Notes: a model not told the origin generated them from the letters alone. A stretch of DNA of 64,000 nt from an uncultured delta proteobacterium (GCA_963760795.1 CAVXEP010000029.1:192001-256000), one strand, 5' to 3'. Numbered from the stretch's first letter, positions 1 through 10,661 are shown. Numbers and translations: made by a program.

Positions 1-1421
1 TTCATACTTTTCGCCTGGTGGACGCCGAGGGTAATTCGACCTTCGTGAAGTTTCATTGGAAGCCGAAGCTCGGCATGCAATCGGTGGTGTGGAACGAAGC
101 GGTGAAGATCAACGGCGCCGATGCGGACTTTCACCGGCGCGACATGTGGAACTCGATTAAGGCGGGGGACTATCCCGAGTGGGAGTTGGGTTTGCAGCTT
201 TTCGATGAAGAGTTTGCCGAGAAATTTGATTTCGATGTGCTCGACGCGACGAAACTTATTCCGGAAGAACAAGTGCCGATCCGGCGCGTCGGCCGGCTCG
301 TGCTCGATCGCTGCGTCGATAACTTTTTCGCCGAGACCGAGCAGGTGGCCTTTTGCACGCAAAATATCGTGCCGGGTATCGACTTTAGCAACGATCCGCT
401 GCTCCAAGGGCGCAATTTTTCTTATCTCGATACCCAACTCAAACGCTTGGGCGGCCCCAACTTCACACATATTCCAATCAATGCGCCGAAATGTCCGTTT
501 GCCCATTTTCAGCAGGACGGCCATATGGCCATGAGCAATCCCAAGGGGCGGGTCAACTACGAGCCCAATTCCTGGGAGGGTGACGGCGGTCCGCGCGAGT
601 CGCCGGAAAAAGGTTTTCGCTCGTATCCGGCTGCGGAGGAAGGCGAGAAACTGCGCATTCGCTCAGAGACGTTCGCCGACCATTTCAGCCAAGCGCGGCA
701 GTTTTATATCAGCCAGACCGAAACCGAGCAGAGTCATATCGTCGACGCCTTTGTCTTTGAGTTGAGCAAGGTCGAAAAGCTCGCCATCCGCGAGCGTATG
801 GTGGCGCAGCTGCTCAACGTCCATGCGGATCTCGCGAAGAAAGTTGCCGAGGGTCTCGGTCTCAAAAAAATGCCCAAGGCGGCGGACGCGGCGAAGCCGA
901 CGCGGCAGGACCTCAAAAAATCCCCGGCGTTGAGTATTCTTCTTAACGGCCCGAAGAGCTTCAAAGGGCGCAAGCTTGGCGTGCTGGTCACCGATGGCGT
1001 CGATAGCGCGATCTTGGACGCGCTCGAAAGTGCTCTTGAAGCGAAGGGCGCTATGATCGAGATTATTGCCCCGAAAGTGGGCGGCGTCGAAGCCAGCGAC
1101 GGTTCCTGGATCGAAGCAGCGCAGAAACTCGAAGGCGGCCCCTCTGTGCTTTATGACGCAGTAGCGCTACTACCTTCGGAAAGCGGCGCGCAAATGCTGG
1201 CGAAGAATCCGGCGGCGCGCGATTTTATCGCCGATGCCTTCGCTCATCGGAAATTCATCGCCTATGTAGATGCGGCTAGCAGTCTGTTGGCGCAAGCGGG
1301 AGTGGCGGAAAGTCGCGACAACGGGTTCATCATGCTCAAAGAGCCGGCCGACGCAGGCGCTTTCATCGAAGCGTGCGGCGAATTGCGATTTTGGCCGCGT
1401 GAAGCGATGCTGAAATCGTAA
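1..1421 (+). CDS. katE: Catalase HPII (large-subunit monofunctional catalase), 5'-truncated by window edge
   Basis: [34 protein letters not shown] (proximal heme Tyr), C-terminal DJ-1/GATase-like domain ([13 protein letters not shown]...PSVLYDAV). Confidence 0.95.
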   Translation, partial: HTFRLVDAEGNSTFVKFHWKPKLGMQSVVWNEAVKINGADADFHRRDMWNSIKAGDYPEWELGLQLFDEEFAEKFDFDVLDATKLIPEEQVPIRRVGRLVLDRCVDNFFAETEQVAFCTQNIVPGIDFSNDPLLQGRNFSYLDTQLKRLGGPNFTHIPINAPKCPFAHFQQDGHMAMSNPKGRVNYEPNSWEGDGGPRESPEKGFRSYPAAEEGEKLRIRSETFADHFSQARQFYISQTETEQSHIVDAFVFELSKVEKLAIRERMVAQLLNVHADLAKKVAEGLGLKKMPKAADAAKPTRQDLKKSPALSILLNGPKSFKGRKLGVLVTDGVDSAILDALESALEAKGAMIEIIAPKVGGVEASDGSWIEAAQKLEGGPSVLYDAVALLPSESGAQMLAKNPAARDFIADAFAHRKFIAYVDAASSLLAQAGVAESRDNGFIMLKEPADAGAFIEACGELRFWPREAMLKS

Positions 1422-1502
1422 GAAGCGCGAGCGAATAACAGAGGACACTTTGGTCGGGGGCGGCGAGGGTTGCACCCGAAACCCATCGGCGATGATGTTC
1501 TG

Positions 1503-1871
1503 TAAGTGGGTTCTTTAATTTGCCATTGCGTTCGTCAATGATGCGCTTCTTGATCGCCGCGCGAATGAGCGACCGAGCCGGTCGGCATGATTAAGACAGT
1601 ATCTGGAAGAAATATGTCGGCGAGGATTTCACCATCGTTTTTGTTCCACGCGATGGCTACGATTTCAGCAATTTGAGCGGCTGCTTTTTGCTTGTCGGTA
1701 GGGTTTTACGCCGTCCTGACGATTGGTGTTTGCGGCGGTGTGAGCAGGTAACGGGGTGACCGAATTAACCAGCAAAAGCGCCAAGACGTAGGCATGATAT
1801 TTCCCGCGCCGAAAAAATCCGTCTCGACGACGAGCTTCAATAACGGGCGACGAAAGCACGGGCTTAAACAA
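1503..1871 (-). pseudogene. Frameshifted/truncated exported NTF2-like (SgcJ/DUF4440-type) protein
   Basis: Signal-like VLALLLVNSVTPLPAHTAA, then in another frame AAQIAEIVAIAWNKNDGEILADIFLPDTVLIMPTGSVAHSR, then AIKKRIIDERNGKLKN; boundaries approximate. Confidence 0.45.
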
Positions 1872-2100
1872 GTTGGTTGAAGTGCCTGCGCCCGATCACG
1901 AAGGCGCTCTTGATCATAGAGCGTAGAATCTCGCTTGCTTCCTGGTTGTTCTCCGCGTTGCTCAACATCTCCAGCGTGTTTTGCAATACGCCTCCAAGCA
2001 AAGCTAACTCAAACGTTGCGGCCTGATCTTCAATCGGCGTATCGAGCATTTGCTGAATTTGTGTAACTACTTCCTGGTTAGGTGTTTCAGGCTGTTCCAT
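1864..2100 (-). CDS. Hypothetical protein, 78 aa (MEQPETPNQ...)
   Basis: GGAGG RBS before ATG at 2100; sigma-54 motif 36 nt upstream. Confidence 0.65.
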   Translation of the reverse strand: MEQPETPNQEVVTQIQQMLDTPIEDQAATFELALLGGVLQNTLEMLSNAENNQEASEILRSMIKSAFVIGRRHFNQLV

Positions 2101-2135
2101 AGTTTCATCCTCCATCGAGTACACCGTTCCAAAAT

Positions 2136-2150
2136 GCAAGGCCTATGCCG
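2136..2150 (-). promoter_or_regulatory. Sigma-54 -24/-12 promoter
   Basis: CGGCAT-AGGCC-TTGC(A) on minus strand. Confidence 0.75.
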
Positions 2151-2519
2151 TTAATCATGAATGAAGCGCAACCGAGCAGCCATAAAATACTTAGCGAAAT
2201 CCCCGCGTCAGTGATCGAGTCGGTTTGTCCCGGATGAGTACTGTATGATTTTCTCCGACGCGCTAGGGGTTTCCCGCTCACTTATCGAATAGCATTCGAT
2301 TAAGAGCTCAGAGAGAAAAGCGCTTCAAAGAATTCGATTCGAGTGCGCGACGGTGGCAACCTTAGGGAAGCGCGCAATAATAAGAGGGAACAGAGCCGAT
2401 AGCCCGGCAACGATTGCGTATACTCGCAGCGTCACGCGTTTGCGGTGGCGTAAGCGGAGTGCCTAATAAGCAGTGATCTGGAGGCGTTGTCCTCGTTCGA
2501 GAGTACCGCCATTCATGGT

Positions 2520-4181
2520 TCATTTTTTCCTGCCGCGTCCGCTTTGTTGCTCGAAGCCTGGCAGGATCGCCTTGAAAAAAGCGTTTTGAACCAGGCCGAT
2601 AATAGTCTCCCAGGTGCTGGTCTCCGGATTGGCAAGTTTGCCTGATACCGGGATTGTGGTTGCGACTTGGTCGCGAGGCGTGTTTTGCAAAATCCATGAA
2701 AAGCCACCGATGATACCTTCGTAAAGCTGGCGGAATATTCCCTTTTCTTTATCTTGCCGGCGATCGTACACATTCATCTCATAAAATAATGGTTTAACGT
2801 ATCCTTCGACGCTGCCGTTTCTGACTGTAAGTTCGGAGAAAAATGAAAACTGTCCAGCGACAACGTCGAAGTTGCCGTAGGAGCGCCAAAAATTGTTCAT
2901 CAATTTCATATCGGTGTTTTCGATCGCAACGTTGAGGTCGAAATCCGGTCCTTTGGGGTTAGGACGCCCGGTGAACTCAATCTTAGTGGCGCCGCTGCCC
3001 ATTAATTTGCCCCGGACCAATCCGCTGGTCAGCCCTTGCTTGGATTGATTGCTTAAGTTGGCGATCTGTAAATCGAGATCGCTCAAGAACAAACGATACT
3101 GCGGATCGCGCGCCGCGTTGATAAAGCCCAACTTACCTTGAACCTGAACCTTGTCGATGTTCACAACTAATTCCGCAGTGTCGCTGTATTTTTTGGCGGC
3201 GCTATCTACTTCCTTGCCGGTTGTTGTTGCCACCGATTCGGCCTTTTTATGAATGTAATCCATGTCCGCGCTTCGCACGCGCAGCTCGGCGATGTCAATG
3301 CGCTGGCTGTCGGTGCCGTATTCGACGTTGCCGAATGCGGATAAGCTGCCCTGCCGCACGGTCATACTGTAGCGCTCGACGATCGGTTTGAAGTATGCGA
3401 GATCGACATTTTCCAAGGCAATGGTTTCAGTTTTCAATGTCGCATGAGGCTCGGCAAGTAGATCGGCGTGACCGTCGGCGCGAAGCGTGCCTTTTTCAAA
3501 GACCGCTGCTTGGATCTGTATTGGCGAGGGATACACGTTAGGATCGGATTTTACATTGCGAATATTTTCCGCGAGCAGTTCAATCCGTGTTAACTCGAGA
3601 GGACGAAATGGTCCTTCGTCGACATAGGTGAGCGAACCGTCGCGAATCATAAAGCGGTTGATTTTTAACGGATAGATTTCTTCGAGTGCTTGCTGCCAAC
3701 CGCGTTCCTTCATCGGTATTTTATCGTCGAACTCAGTTTTTGCCTGCTTGCGGTTGATGTAAAGTTTTGGATTGTCGATGGCAAAATCAGCCACCAGCCG
3801 TCCACGTAGCAGGCCGCGCCAATCGATGCTGGCGCTCAGATTGGCGATCTGCGCCACCGGCGGCTCGGGATTGTCGTTCTGAATGATAACGGAGTTTTCG
3901 AGCTCGAGGGAAAGACCGATGGGATGAAAGTCGAGTTTGCCGATGCGCACCGTGTATCCTGCGAGCGCGCGGTTCAGGTTAGCCTCCATGCGCCGGCGTA
4001 ACGGCTCATCGATAAAAAACGCGGCGATCACAACGAGCACCAGTAAGCCGACCAACGCGCTGCCGGACCAGAACACCGCCTTGCGTGTCTTTGAACCGAA
4101 GAGCGTGTGCGCCAAACCGGCGCGCCACTGGCGTGCCCGGGTGCCCGAGCGGTATGCCTGAAGCTGTTCCGTTACACTCAT
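2520..4181 (-). CDS. DUF748 domain (AsmA-like) membrane-anchored protein
   Basis: N-terminal TM, beta-rich body, C-terminal GYVKPLF...DQVATTIPVSG...LVQNAFFKAI signature. Confidence 0.8.
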   Translation of the reverse strand: MSVTEQLQAYRSGTRARQWRAGLAHTLFGSKTRKAVFWSGSALVGLLVLVVIAAFFIDEPLRRRMEANLNRALAGYTVRIGKLDFHPIGLSLELENSVIIQNDNPEPPVAQIANLSASIDWRGLLRGRLVADFAIDNPKLYINRKQAKTEFDDKIPMKERGWQQALEEIYPLKINRFMIRDGSLTYVDEGPFRPLELTRIELLAENIRNVKSDPNVYPSPIQIQAAVFEKGTLRADGHADLLAEPHATLKTETIALENVDLAYFKPIVERYSMTVRQGSLSAFGNVEYGTDSQRIDIAELRVRSADMDYIHKKAESVATTTGKEVDSAAKKYSDTAELVVNIDKVQVQGKLGFINAARDPQYRLFLSDLDLQIANLSNQSKQGLTSGLVRGKLMGSGATKIEFTGRPNPKGPDFDLNVAIENTDMKLMNNFWRSYGNFDVVAGQFSFFSELTVRNGSVEGYVKPLFYEMNVYDRRQDKEKGIFRQLYEGIIGGFSWILQNTPRDQVATTIPVSGKLANPETSTWETIIGLVQNAFFKAILPGFEQQSGRGRKK

Positions 4182-4266
4182 AAATTCTCTGCTGCTGCTG
4201 GTCCCTCTACCCGCACTAACTAAATGTCAGAGCTCGCACATTGGCGAGCACACGGGGCAGCTATTT

Positions 4267-5850
4267 TCACCCAGTGCTGGCGCCCCAGCCGCCAAATAAC
4301 CGGCTTAGACTCGTCAGGCTTTTGGATATAAAAGAATCTGCAACGCAATCACTGGGTTTAGCCTGTGCCTCGCGAGCGATTTCCGCGTCGAAGGGCAAGC
4401 CGTTGGGAAAAAGCGTCAGCAGCCAAAGGTGCTCCTCTGAAAGGCTGCGCGCCGGGTGATGGCGCAGGCGAGTCTTGCCGCTGTCGGCTAAGCCATTCAA
4501 ATAGTCCACCAACCCGTCGACAGCGCCGAGCCGATCGCCAGCCTGCGCGTCGAGCCCGGTATGCTCGGCAAGCAAGTTTACGCGGGCAGCGCGGATCGAG
4601 TGGCTAAGCCTGCTGCCCGGCACGTCATCCCAGGAAACATTGAGTTCGGTGTCATAGCCCATGCTACGGTTATTCATGTTCGCCGAACCGATGCTGAGAA
4701 AGCGGTCGTCGATCAAGAGCAGCTTCGAATGAATATAGGTAGGCAAATCAGTGCCGTCAGCGGCAATCGAGACCGGATAGTATATGCCGAACGAGTGACC
4801 GGTTTCGGCTGCGACTTCTTTTAAGCGGCGAATGATCCGGCTCTGCGCGATAGCGATGGAGAGTTGTTCTAAAAACGCCTCGGCATCTTTGGCGATTACT
4901 AAAACGATCTCAAGGCGCCCTCGCCGGTGCTGACGCATGCGCTCGATCAAAGCATCGGAAAGCGCTTCCGAACTGCAATATTGGTTTTCGATGTAAATCA
5001 GACTTTCGGCGGCATCGATAGCATCGAGAAAGAGTTGGCGGATTTCAAGGATCGGTTTGTCGCCGCGGCTCTGGGGAACCTCGGTCCGGCTGATCGCCAC
5101 TCGTTGGGCGGCAAGCGCAACGCTCGGGTCGAAAACTAGTTGCCGTGGTTCGCGGTCAGCCGCGGCCAAATCAAGGCAGTCGCCACAAACAATTTGCCAA
5201 CGTTGCTTGAAGAGTTCCGCGAGCTGCTGGGCGACGGGTCCGACGTGATAGGACTGCAAGTCATGGAAGGTGCGATAGCTAGAGCCGTCGCTGTTGACTC
5301 GCAGCGGATTATCTGGCCGATGATCGCGCTCATCCCAGCGGCTGGCGCAAAGATCGATGCCGCCAACAAAACTGAGAGTACCGTCGATGACGACGAACTT
5401 CTGATGATGCGAGGCATCGAACGATTCGCCGCGATCATAGCAGAACTTGAGTCGCTCATTGGTACTCCAATTGAAATGCCAGTCTTGAAACCATTCCCGG
5501 TCGAGGCTGTACAGCATGCTGTAGTCCCAGGCGAGCATGTATATGCGTAGCGCGGGTTTGCGCTCGCAGAGCTCGTTAAGAAATTCCAAGAGGTGAATTT
5601 TCCCCTGCGCGTGTTCCGCCTCGGCGCCGCGTAAGAGTGCCGTGCCACTGTCGAACTGCCAGCCCGAAATGAGAATGTAACGCTCGGCTGTTTGGGCGGC
5701 ACGATAGAACGCGCGGTAGTAGTCGCCGCCGTCGATGAGCAGTCCTGTCTGGCTCACCGACCCCGTCCGCCAGCAGTTTCGCCCCGACTTCAATAGCGTG
5801 TGCCTGGCCGGCGATCGCAGTAACCGTCGCAGTCGTTTGGGTGTGTTCAT
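4267..5850 (-). CDS. Phospholipase D family protein
   Basis: Two HKD motifs: HQKFVVID and HSKLLLIDD...GSANMNNRS. Confidence 0.92.
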   Translation of the reverse strand: MNTPKRLRRLLRSPARHTLLKSGRNCWRTGSVSQTGLLIDGGDYYRAFYRAAQTAERYILISGWQFDSGTALLRGAEAEHAQGKIHLLEFLNELCERKPALRIYMLAWDYSMLYSLDREWFQDWHFNWSTNERLKFCYDRGESFDASHHQKFVVIDGTLSFVGGIDLCASRWDERDHRPDNPLRVNSDGSSYRTFHDLQSYHVGPVAQQLAELFKQRWQIVCGDCLDLAAADREPRQLVFDPSVALAAQRVAISRTEVPQSRGDKPILEIRQLFLDAIDAAESLIYIENQYCSSEALSDALIERMRQHRRGRLEIVLVIAKDAEAFLEQLSIAIAQSRIIRRLKEVAAETGHSFGIYYPVSIAADGTDLPTYIHSKLLLIDDRFLSIGSANMNNRSMGYDTELNVSWDDVPGSRLSHSIRAARVNLLAEHTGLDAQAGDRLGAVDGLVDYLNGLADSGKTRLRHHPARSLSEEHLWLLTLFPNGLPFDAEIAREAQAKPSDCVADSFISKSLTSLSRLFGGWGASTG

Positions 5851-5891
5851 AAGTCCCGTGAAAACATCAACATAATATTAGAAAATACTGA

Positions 5892-5906
5892 GCAAAGGCC
5901 GCGCCA
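5892..5906 (-). promoter_or_regulatory. Sigma-54 promoter of PLD-DUF748 unit
   Basis: TGGCGC-GGCCT-TTGC(T) on minus strand. Confidence 0.75.
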
Positions 5907-6069
5907 GGTTAAGCGGCCGTCTATTTACTGCCTTTTGTCTTAGATGCGCGACGAAATTTCGCCGGCTGTCGCGAAACTGAGACGGGTCGATTGTTGCGGG
6001 TAAGTCGCGTAAGAGGAGTCTACTCTGGGCTCTTACCTTGTCGAAGCGTCGATCATTATCCAGCAGAAG

Positions 6070-6084
6070 TGGCATAAGGCTTGC
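6070..6084 (+). promoter_or_regulatory. Sigma-54 promoter, divergent from the PLD promoter
   Basis: TGGCAT-AAGGC-TTGC(T). Confidence 0.8.
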
Positions 6085-6138
6085 TGTTTCGAATGTTTAT
6101 GTAGGCAGCATATCCGGCGACTCCTGGCAGTAGAAACA

Positions 6139-6375
6139 ATGGCCGGACGGCGGATAGGAGTGAGGGCGGTGCTAGCGCTTTTGGGGGCCATCACCGGTGT
6201 GGTGATGATTTTTGTTGGTAAGCCCGGCTGGGGATTATTGCTGGCGGTATGCGCCGTGGTACTTGGCGCGGTCGGACTTATTTTACCGGCCTCGCCGCCG
6301 GTAAGGGGCGGAGTGATTAGAGTCTTCGCCATTGCAATAGCCATTATTGGTATCGGATTGTCGGTACTTGGGTGA
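6139..6375 (+). CDS. Small membrane protein (about 3 TM)
   Basis: 78 aa strongly hydrophobic ORF directly downstream of a sigma-54 motif. Confidence 0.55.
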   Translation: MAGRRIGVRAVLALLGAITGVVMIFVGKPGWGLLLAVCAVVLGAVGLILPASPPVRGGVIRVFAIAIAIIGIGLSVLG

Positions 6376-6418
6376 TTGGCAGTGCGCGTTTTCTAAAATA
6401 TTCGGCAGGAGGAAATTT

Positions 6419-6493
6419 ATGAATTCGATTATCTATGTGGTTGGTTTAGTTGTCGTCATCATCGCGGTATTGAGTTTTTTCGGATTGCGCTAG
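6419..6493 (+). CDS. 24-aa single-TM small protein MNSIIYVVGLVVVIIAVLSFFGLR
   Basis: AGGAGG RBS then ATG 6419, TAG 6491-6493; below ORF-track cutoff. Confidence 0.8.
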   Translation: MNSIIYVVGLVVVIIAVLSFFGLR

Positions 6494-6579
6494 GTCTCGT
6501 GGCAGCCAATCTCAGGCCGGAATAAAAATCCGGCGCGCGGTGTTTTGATTGTCTCATTCGCTGACAAAGGAAATGGCTG

Positions 6580-6738
6580 ATGCCGACGACGAAAAAATCT
6601 GGTGGCAAGCGGCCGAGCACTCAAAAGAAACCAAAGAAACGTCGCCGGCCGAAAACTGACTACGATCTTCCGGCGCGCGAAACCAATGAGCAATCAGACA
6701 AGTGGCGTCTCGACGCCGCGCCAACCGGCGCGCGTTGA
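6580..6738 (+). CDS. 52-aa Lys/Arg-rich small protein MPTTKKSGGKRPSTQKKPKKRRR...
   Basis: AAGGA RBS 8 nt before ATG; stop TGA at 6738. Confidence 0.5.
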   Translation: MPTTKKSGGKRPSTQKKPKKRRRPKTDYDLPARETNEQSDKWRLDAAPTGAR

Positions 6739-6934
6739 ATTGCGCTCGCTTCCAACGACTCGGGAACGGAGGCCTTCGTCAATTCCAAATGTGAAAGTTT
6801 CGCTGAGGATTTTCCCGTGTTGATCGACTCGGGATCGGATTAGCCGTTGGCGGTCACAGTGCCGAGTTCAAGATTTGTTGCGCCCGTAAAATCAGCGTCC
6901 CGAACTTAATATAATTATCCGTGCAGTGTTGCAC

Positions 6935-6949
6935 AGGCAGGACGGTTGC
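6935..6949 (+). promoter_or_regulatory. Sigma-54 promoter
   Basis: AGGCAG-GACGG-TTGC(T) upstream of the glycogen debranching gene. Confidence 0.6.
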
Positions 6950-7108
6950 TCACTTCGTTTTGAACGGCTTGCATGCGCTCAAAATTTACCCGTGACATAT
7001 CGTGCGCTGATTTACACCTATTCATGACGCAATTTACCGATTGGCAAGCGAACTCCAGTCGCCGGCCTGCAGGCCACCGAGCGCGCCGCGCCGCGAGTTT
7101 TACGACGT

Positions 7109-9127
7109 GTGCCGTTTAGCGGCGAAGGATCGGCGGCACCGGAGGTTTTAGCCGAGCGCGAATGGCTGATCACCAACGGTTTGGGTGGATACGCCTCAGG
7201 CACGTTGCTCGGCGCCATTACCCGGCGTTATCACGGCTTATTGATCGCTGCACTGCCGGCGCCGCTCGGCCGCGTGATGATGCTGAACCAACTAACGGAA
7301 TATCTTGAGTTGCCCGATCGCAGGCAAATCGAGTTGTCATCCGGGTTAGGTTTCAACGAAAGCAGCGAAAGCCCCGGCTTTGCGTCGCTGGCGGAATTTC
7401 GCCTGGAAGATGGTGTGCCGGTGTGGCGTTATCAGATCGGTGGCATCGTCATCGAAAAGAAAATCTTCATGGTGCACGGGCTAAATACCACACTGATCAG
7501 CTACGATTTACTCGAGGGCGATGAGCGCGTGCGGGTCAAGCTTTGTCCCCATGTGCAATTTCGCCCCCATGAAAACTTAGTGGATAAAGCATTGGAAGAC
7601 TATACCTTGAGGGCGACGTGTGGTGGATTTGAAATCTGTACCGCCGCGGCTCATCCGCCGTTGCGTTTGCTCGTGCACGGTCGCGATTGGGGTTTTAGCG
7701 GCGGCCACGCCAAGATCGATAAAGTGTTTTTTCGCGCCGAACAGCAGCGCGGTTATGAGGCGTTCGGCGAGCTATGCAGTTTCGGTTGGTTTGAAGCCGA
7801 AGTTTGCCTTAATGAGCCGATGACTGTGATTGCCTCGACGGAATCCTGGGAATCGATTACCGAAATGACGCCGCAAGAGAGTTACGCCGAGGAATTTTCC
7901 CGGCGGCAGCGGCTGGCATCAAGGGCCGGAATCGAAGATGGCACATCGATTAAAGCGGAGTTGGTGCTGGCTGCCGATCAGTTTGTCATCGCGCCCGTCG
8001 ATCCCAACAAAGAAAAAGACGCCGTCGGCGCACACACGATTATCGCCGGCTATCATTGGTTTACCGATTGGGGCCGTGACACGATGATCAGCTTGGAAGG
8101 GCTGACGCTGCTGACCGGCCGCCAACGCGAGGCGCGCGGCATACTCGACGTATTTTCCGAACATATTCGCGACGGGCTGATTCCAAACTTTTTTCCTGAG
8201 GGAGAGCAGGAAGGGGTCTATCATACCGCGGACGCGACGTTGTGGTTTTTTCACGCTCTGCAGCGTTATCTCGAAATGACCGACGATCGCGAATTTTTGC
8301 GCCAACTGCTGCCGAAATTGTCCGACATCGTGACCAAGCATCTGCAGGGTACGCGCTTCGGTATCGGCGTCGATCCGGAGGATGGCCTGCTGCGACAAGG
8401 GCAAGAAGGCTACCAGCTCAGCTGGATGGACGCCAAGGTAGAGGATTGGGTGGTGACACCGCGGCGCGGCAAAGCGGTGGAGATCAACGCCCTGTGGTAT
8501 AACGCGTTACGTCTGCTCGAAGGATGGCTGCGCGAAGAAGGTGATGGTGAGAACGCGCGCGAGATCGCTGGACACGCGCTCAAAGCCCAGGATTCTTTCA
8601 ACCGCCGCTATTGGTATGACGAAGGTGGTTATCTCTACGACGTTATCGATTGTGACAACGAAAGTGAAAAAAACGATCCCGCATGTCGGCCCAATCAAAT
8701 CATGGCTATCTCGCTAGACCATCCGGTCCTCGATAGCGAGCGCTGGCGTCCGGTGCTCAATGTCGTTCGTCAGCGCCTCGTCACACCCTACGGTCTGCGC
8801 TCGCTGGCGCCGAACCATCCGGACTACCAAGCGCGTTATTTCGGCGATCTGCGCGCGCGCGATGCCGCTTATCACCAAGGTACCGTTTGGGCTTGGTTGA
8901 TTGGGCCGTTCGTCGATGCGTGGTTGAAAGCCTACCCTGACGATCGCGCCGGCGCGCGCGGATTTCTAACAGCATTTGCCGATCACTTGGGCGAGGCTTG
9001 CATCGGCACGATCAGCGAGATCTTTGACGCCGAGCCACCGTTTACGCCACGCGGCTGCGTCTCTCAGGCTTGGAGCGTTGCCGAAGTGCTGCGCTGCGCG
9101 ATCAAGACCGGCGCTTTGGGCCGCTGA
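7109..9127 (+). CDS. Amylo-alpha-1,6-glucosidase (glycogen debranching enzyme)
   Basis: REWLITNGLGGYASGT, IIAGYHWFTDWGRDTMISL, WMDAK, YHQGTVWAWL, QAWSVAE; true start may be ATG 7024 via frameshift. Confidence 0.93.
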   Translation: MPFSGEGSAAPEVLAEREWLITNGLGGYASGTLLGAITRRYHGLLIAALPAPLGRVMMLNQLTEYLELPDRRQIELSSGLGFNESSESPGFASLAEFRLEDGVPVWRYQIGGIVIEKKIFMVHGLNTTLISYDLLEGDERVRVKLCPHVQFRPHENLVDKALEDYTLRATCGGFEICTAAAHPPLRLLVHGRDWGFSGGHAKIDKVFFRAEQQRGYEAFGELCSFGWFEAEVCLNEPMTVIASTESWESITEMTPQESYAEEFSRRQRLASRAGIEDGTSIKAELVLAADQFVIAPVDPNKEKDAVGAHTIIAGYHWFTDWGRDTMISLEGLTLLTGRQREARGILDVFSEHIRDGLIPNFFPEGEQEGVYHTADATLWFFHALQRYLEMTDDREFLRQLLPKLSDIVTKHLQGTRFGIGVDPEDGLLRQGQEGYQLSWMDAKVEDWVVTPRRGKAVEINALWYNALRLLEGWLREEGDGENAREIAGHALKAQDSFNRRYWYDEGGYLYDVIDCDNESEKNDPACRPNQIMAISLDHPVLDSERWRPVLNVVRQRLVTPYGLRSLAPNHPDYQARYFGDLRARDAAYHQGTVWAWLIGPFVDAWLKAYPDDRAGARGFLTAFADHLGEACIGTISEIFDAEPPFTPRGCVSQAWSVAEVLRCAIKTGALGR

Positions 9128-9201
9128 GTGACGAATAATTCAATAATTAAAATTGATTAATTGGAATATAATCCTACCAGGAAAGATTCGTGGCTGAAAC
9201 T

Positions 9202-9251
9202 GCAAGCAACTAGTGCAAGGGGAGATGCCTCCCCTCGCACTAGTTGCTTGC
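9202..9251. terminator. 23-bp-stem hairpin between convergent genes
   Basis: GCAAGCAACTAGTGCAAGGGGAG-atgc-CTCCCCTCGCACTAGTTGCTTGC (one mismatch). Confidence 0.7.
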
Positions 9252-9281
9252 GAACGCAACATCGACAATTATCGTTAATAC

Positions 9282-10115
9282 TTACTGGCTGGAACCGCTT
9301 TTATTAGCACCGCGATCCTTGGGGTTGCCCTCGTTTGGATCGATCGTCGTGCTTTTAGAGGGAGGAACCGACGTTCCACTCCCTACCGAGCCTGCGCCGG
9401 AGCTACCGCCGCTGCCGGAGCTACCAGGCTTGGCAGCGCCACGGTCTTTGGGATTGCCCTCGTTTGGATCGATTGTGGTGCTCTTCGAAGGCGGCACCGA
9501 GGTTCCACTCCCTACCGAACCTGCGCCGGAGCTACCGCTGCCGGAACTACCTGAACTGGAACTGCCGGTCGCTGAACCGCCGCTACGAGGGTTGCCCTGA
9601 TTTTTTTCGAGCACGTTGCTGTCGCGATTCGGAGCGCCGCTCGATGCGCCGCTAGCGCTCCCTGAACTGGAACCACCCAAACTGGAGCCGCTGGCGGAGG
9701 AGAGGGTCACCCCCAACGCACTGGCGGTGCCGCTGTCGAGTTGTCCGCTGGTTTGGATATTCTGCGCGCGTTGGAAGGATCGTAATGCTTGCTGAGTCCG
9801 AGCGCCCATTACCCCATCGATCGGTCCAGGATCATGTCCCTTATTCTTTAAGGCCTCCTGAACACTCTTCACGTCGGCTGCTGACCATTGACCGCTCGCG
9901 GAAGAAGGTTTCATCGAATCCATGCTGCTGCGTCCGGTTGAAGATTCTGCTCCCTTGGGCCGTTGCTGATCCTGCTGCGTTGCCGAACCTGATGATCCTG
10001 ATGTTCCCGGCGAAGTCTGCGACCAACCTGTCATTGGGCAAATTGTTAGAGTGCCCAAAACCATCCCCGAAATAATCGCACTATTCTTTTTTCTCATGCA
10101 CGTTTCCCCTTTCAA
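9282..10115 (-). CDS. Exported peptidoglycan-binding (PG_binding_1) protein with Ser/Gly-rich repeated tail
   Basis: Signal peptide; VKSVQEALKNKGHDPGPIDGVMGARTQQALRSFQ...SGQLD; start may be 10097. Confidence 0.85.
   Translation of the reverse strand: MKGETCMRKKNSAIISGMVLGTLTICPMTGWSQTSPGTSGSSGSATQQDQQRPKGAESSTGRSSMDSMKPSSASGQWSAADVKSVQEALKNKGHDPGPIDGVMGARTQQALRSFQRAQNIQTSGQLDSGTASALGVTLSSASGSSLGGSSSGSASGASSGAPNRDSNVLEKNQGNPRSGGSATGSSSSGSSGSGSSGAGSVGSGTSVPPSKSTTIDPNEGNPKDRGAAKPGSSGSGGSSGAGSVGSGTSVPPSKSTTIDPNEGNPKDRGANKSGSSQ
9305..9545 (-). repeat. Two-copy 129-bp (43-aa) coding tandem repeat
   Basis: GAGSVGSGTSVPPSKSTTIDPNEGNPKDRGA twice; CCCTACCGA at 9381 and 9510. Confidence 0.9.
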
Positions 10116-10157
10116 TCAAAAATTATTCTAGCGTTGCGCTCTACAATAAGAGTAACC

Positions 10158-10172
10158 GCAAGGAGCATGCCA
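10158..10172 (-). promoter_or_regulatory. Sigma-54 promoter
   Basis: TGGCAT-GCTCC-TTGC(G) on minus strand. Confidence 0.8.
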
Positions 10173-10661
10173 CGGGAATTTGTGGCTGGAACCGTTCATA
10201 CTCGGCGTTTCTTGCAATCAAGCGTCTTAATATTGCGAAAGCCCAAGCGATGGTTGTCCCAATTGAAAGACCGTGCGAAAGGGCTCCGGATTGGCAGTCG
10301 TTACCACCATGAGAGCAGATTCTCGTTTTACCGTGAGCTGAGGACAACAAGGGATGCGCTGGGGCTAATCGGAAAACCAAATCCAAGAGATAACGCGTGA
10401 CGTCTTGAATCTGAGACAACGCGCCGCGATGGATAGTCGCTGCTGGGCGCAAACCGCCGCAAATGTTTGGTTCTGCTTTTGCTTTATCCACGGTCGGATT
10501 GCGAATTCCCTGATGAGAAAAAATTATTACCCCAGGTACCGCGGATACTAAAGATGGCGAAGCGACGATGAATTCGATCGCCGCCGCTGGCCGCTACACC
10601 AGGATGAGAGGGATCGTCTCTCTAAAATTACCAACGTGCGCAACAACGGAGGATAGTTAAA

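Noticed and set aside
9202-9251. Hairpin arms (GCACTAGTTGC) as a sigma-54 site or IS end
   Set aside because: No GG at -24 and no transposase; better explained as a terminator between convergent genes.
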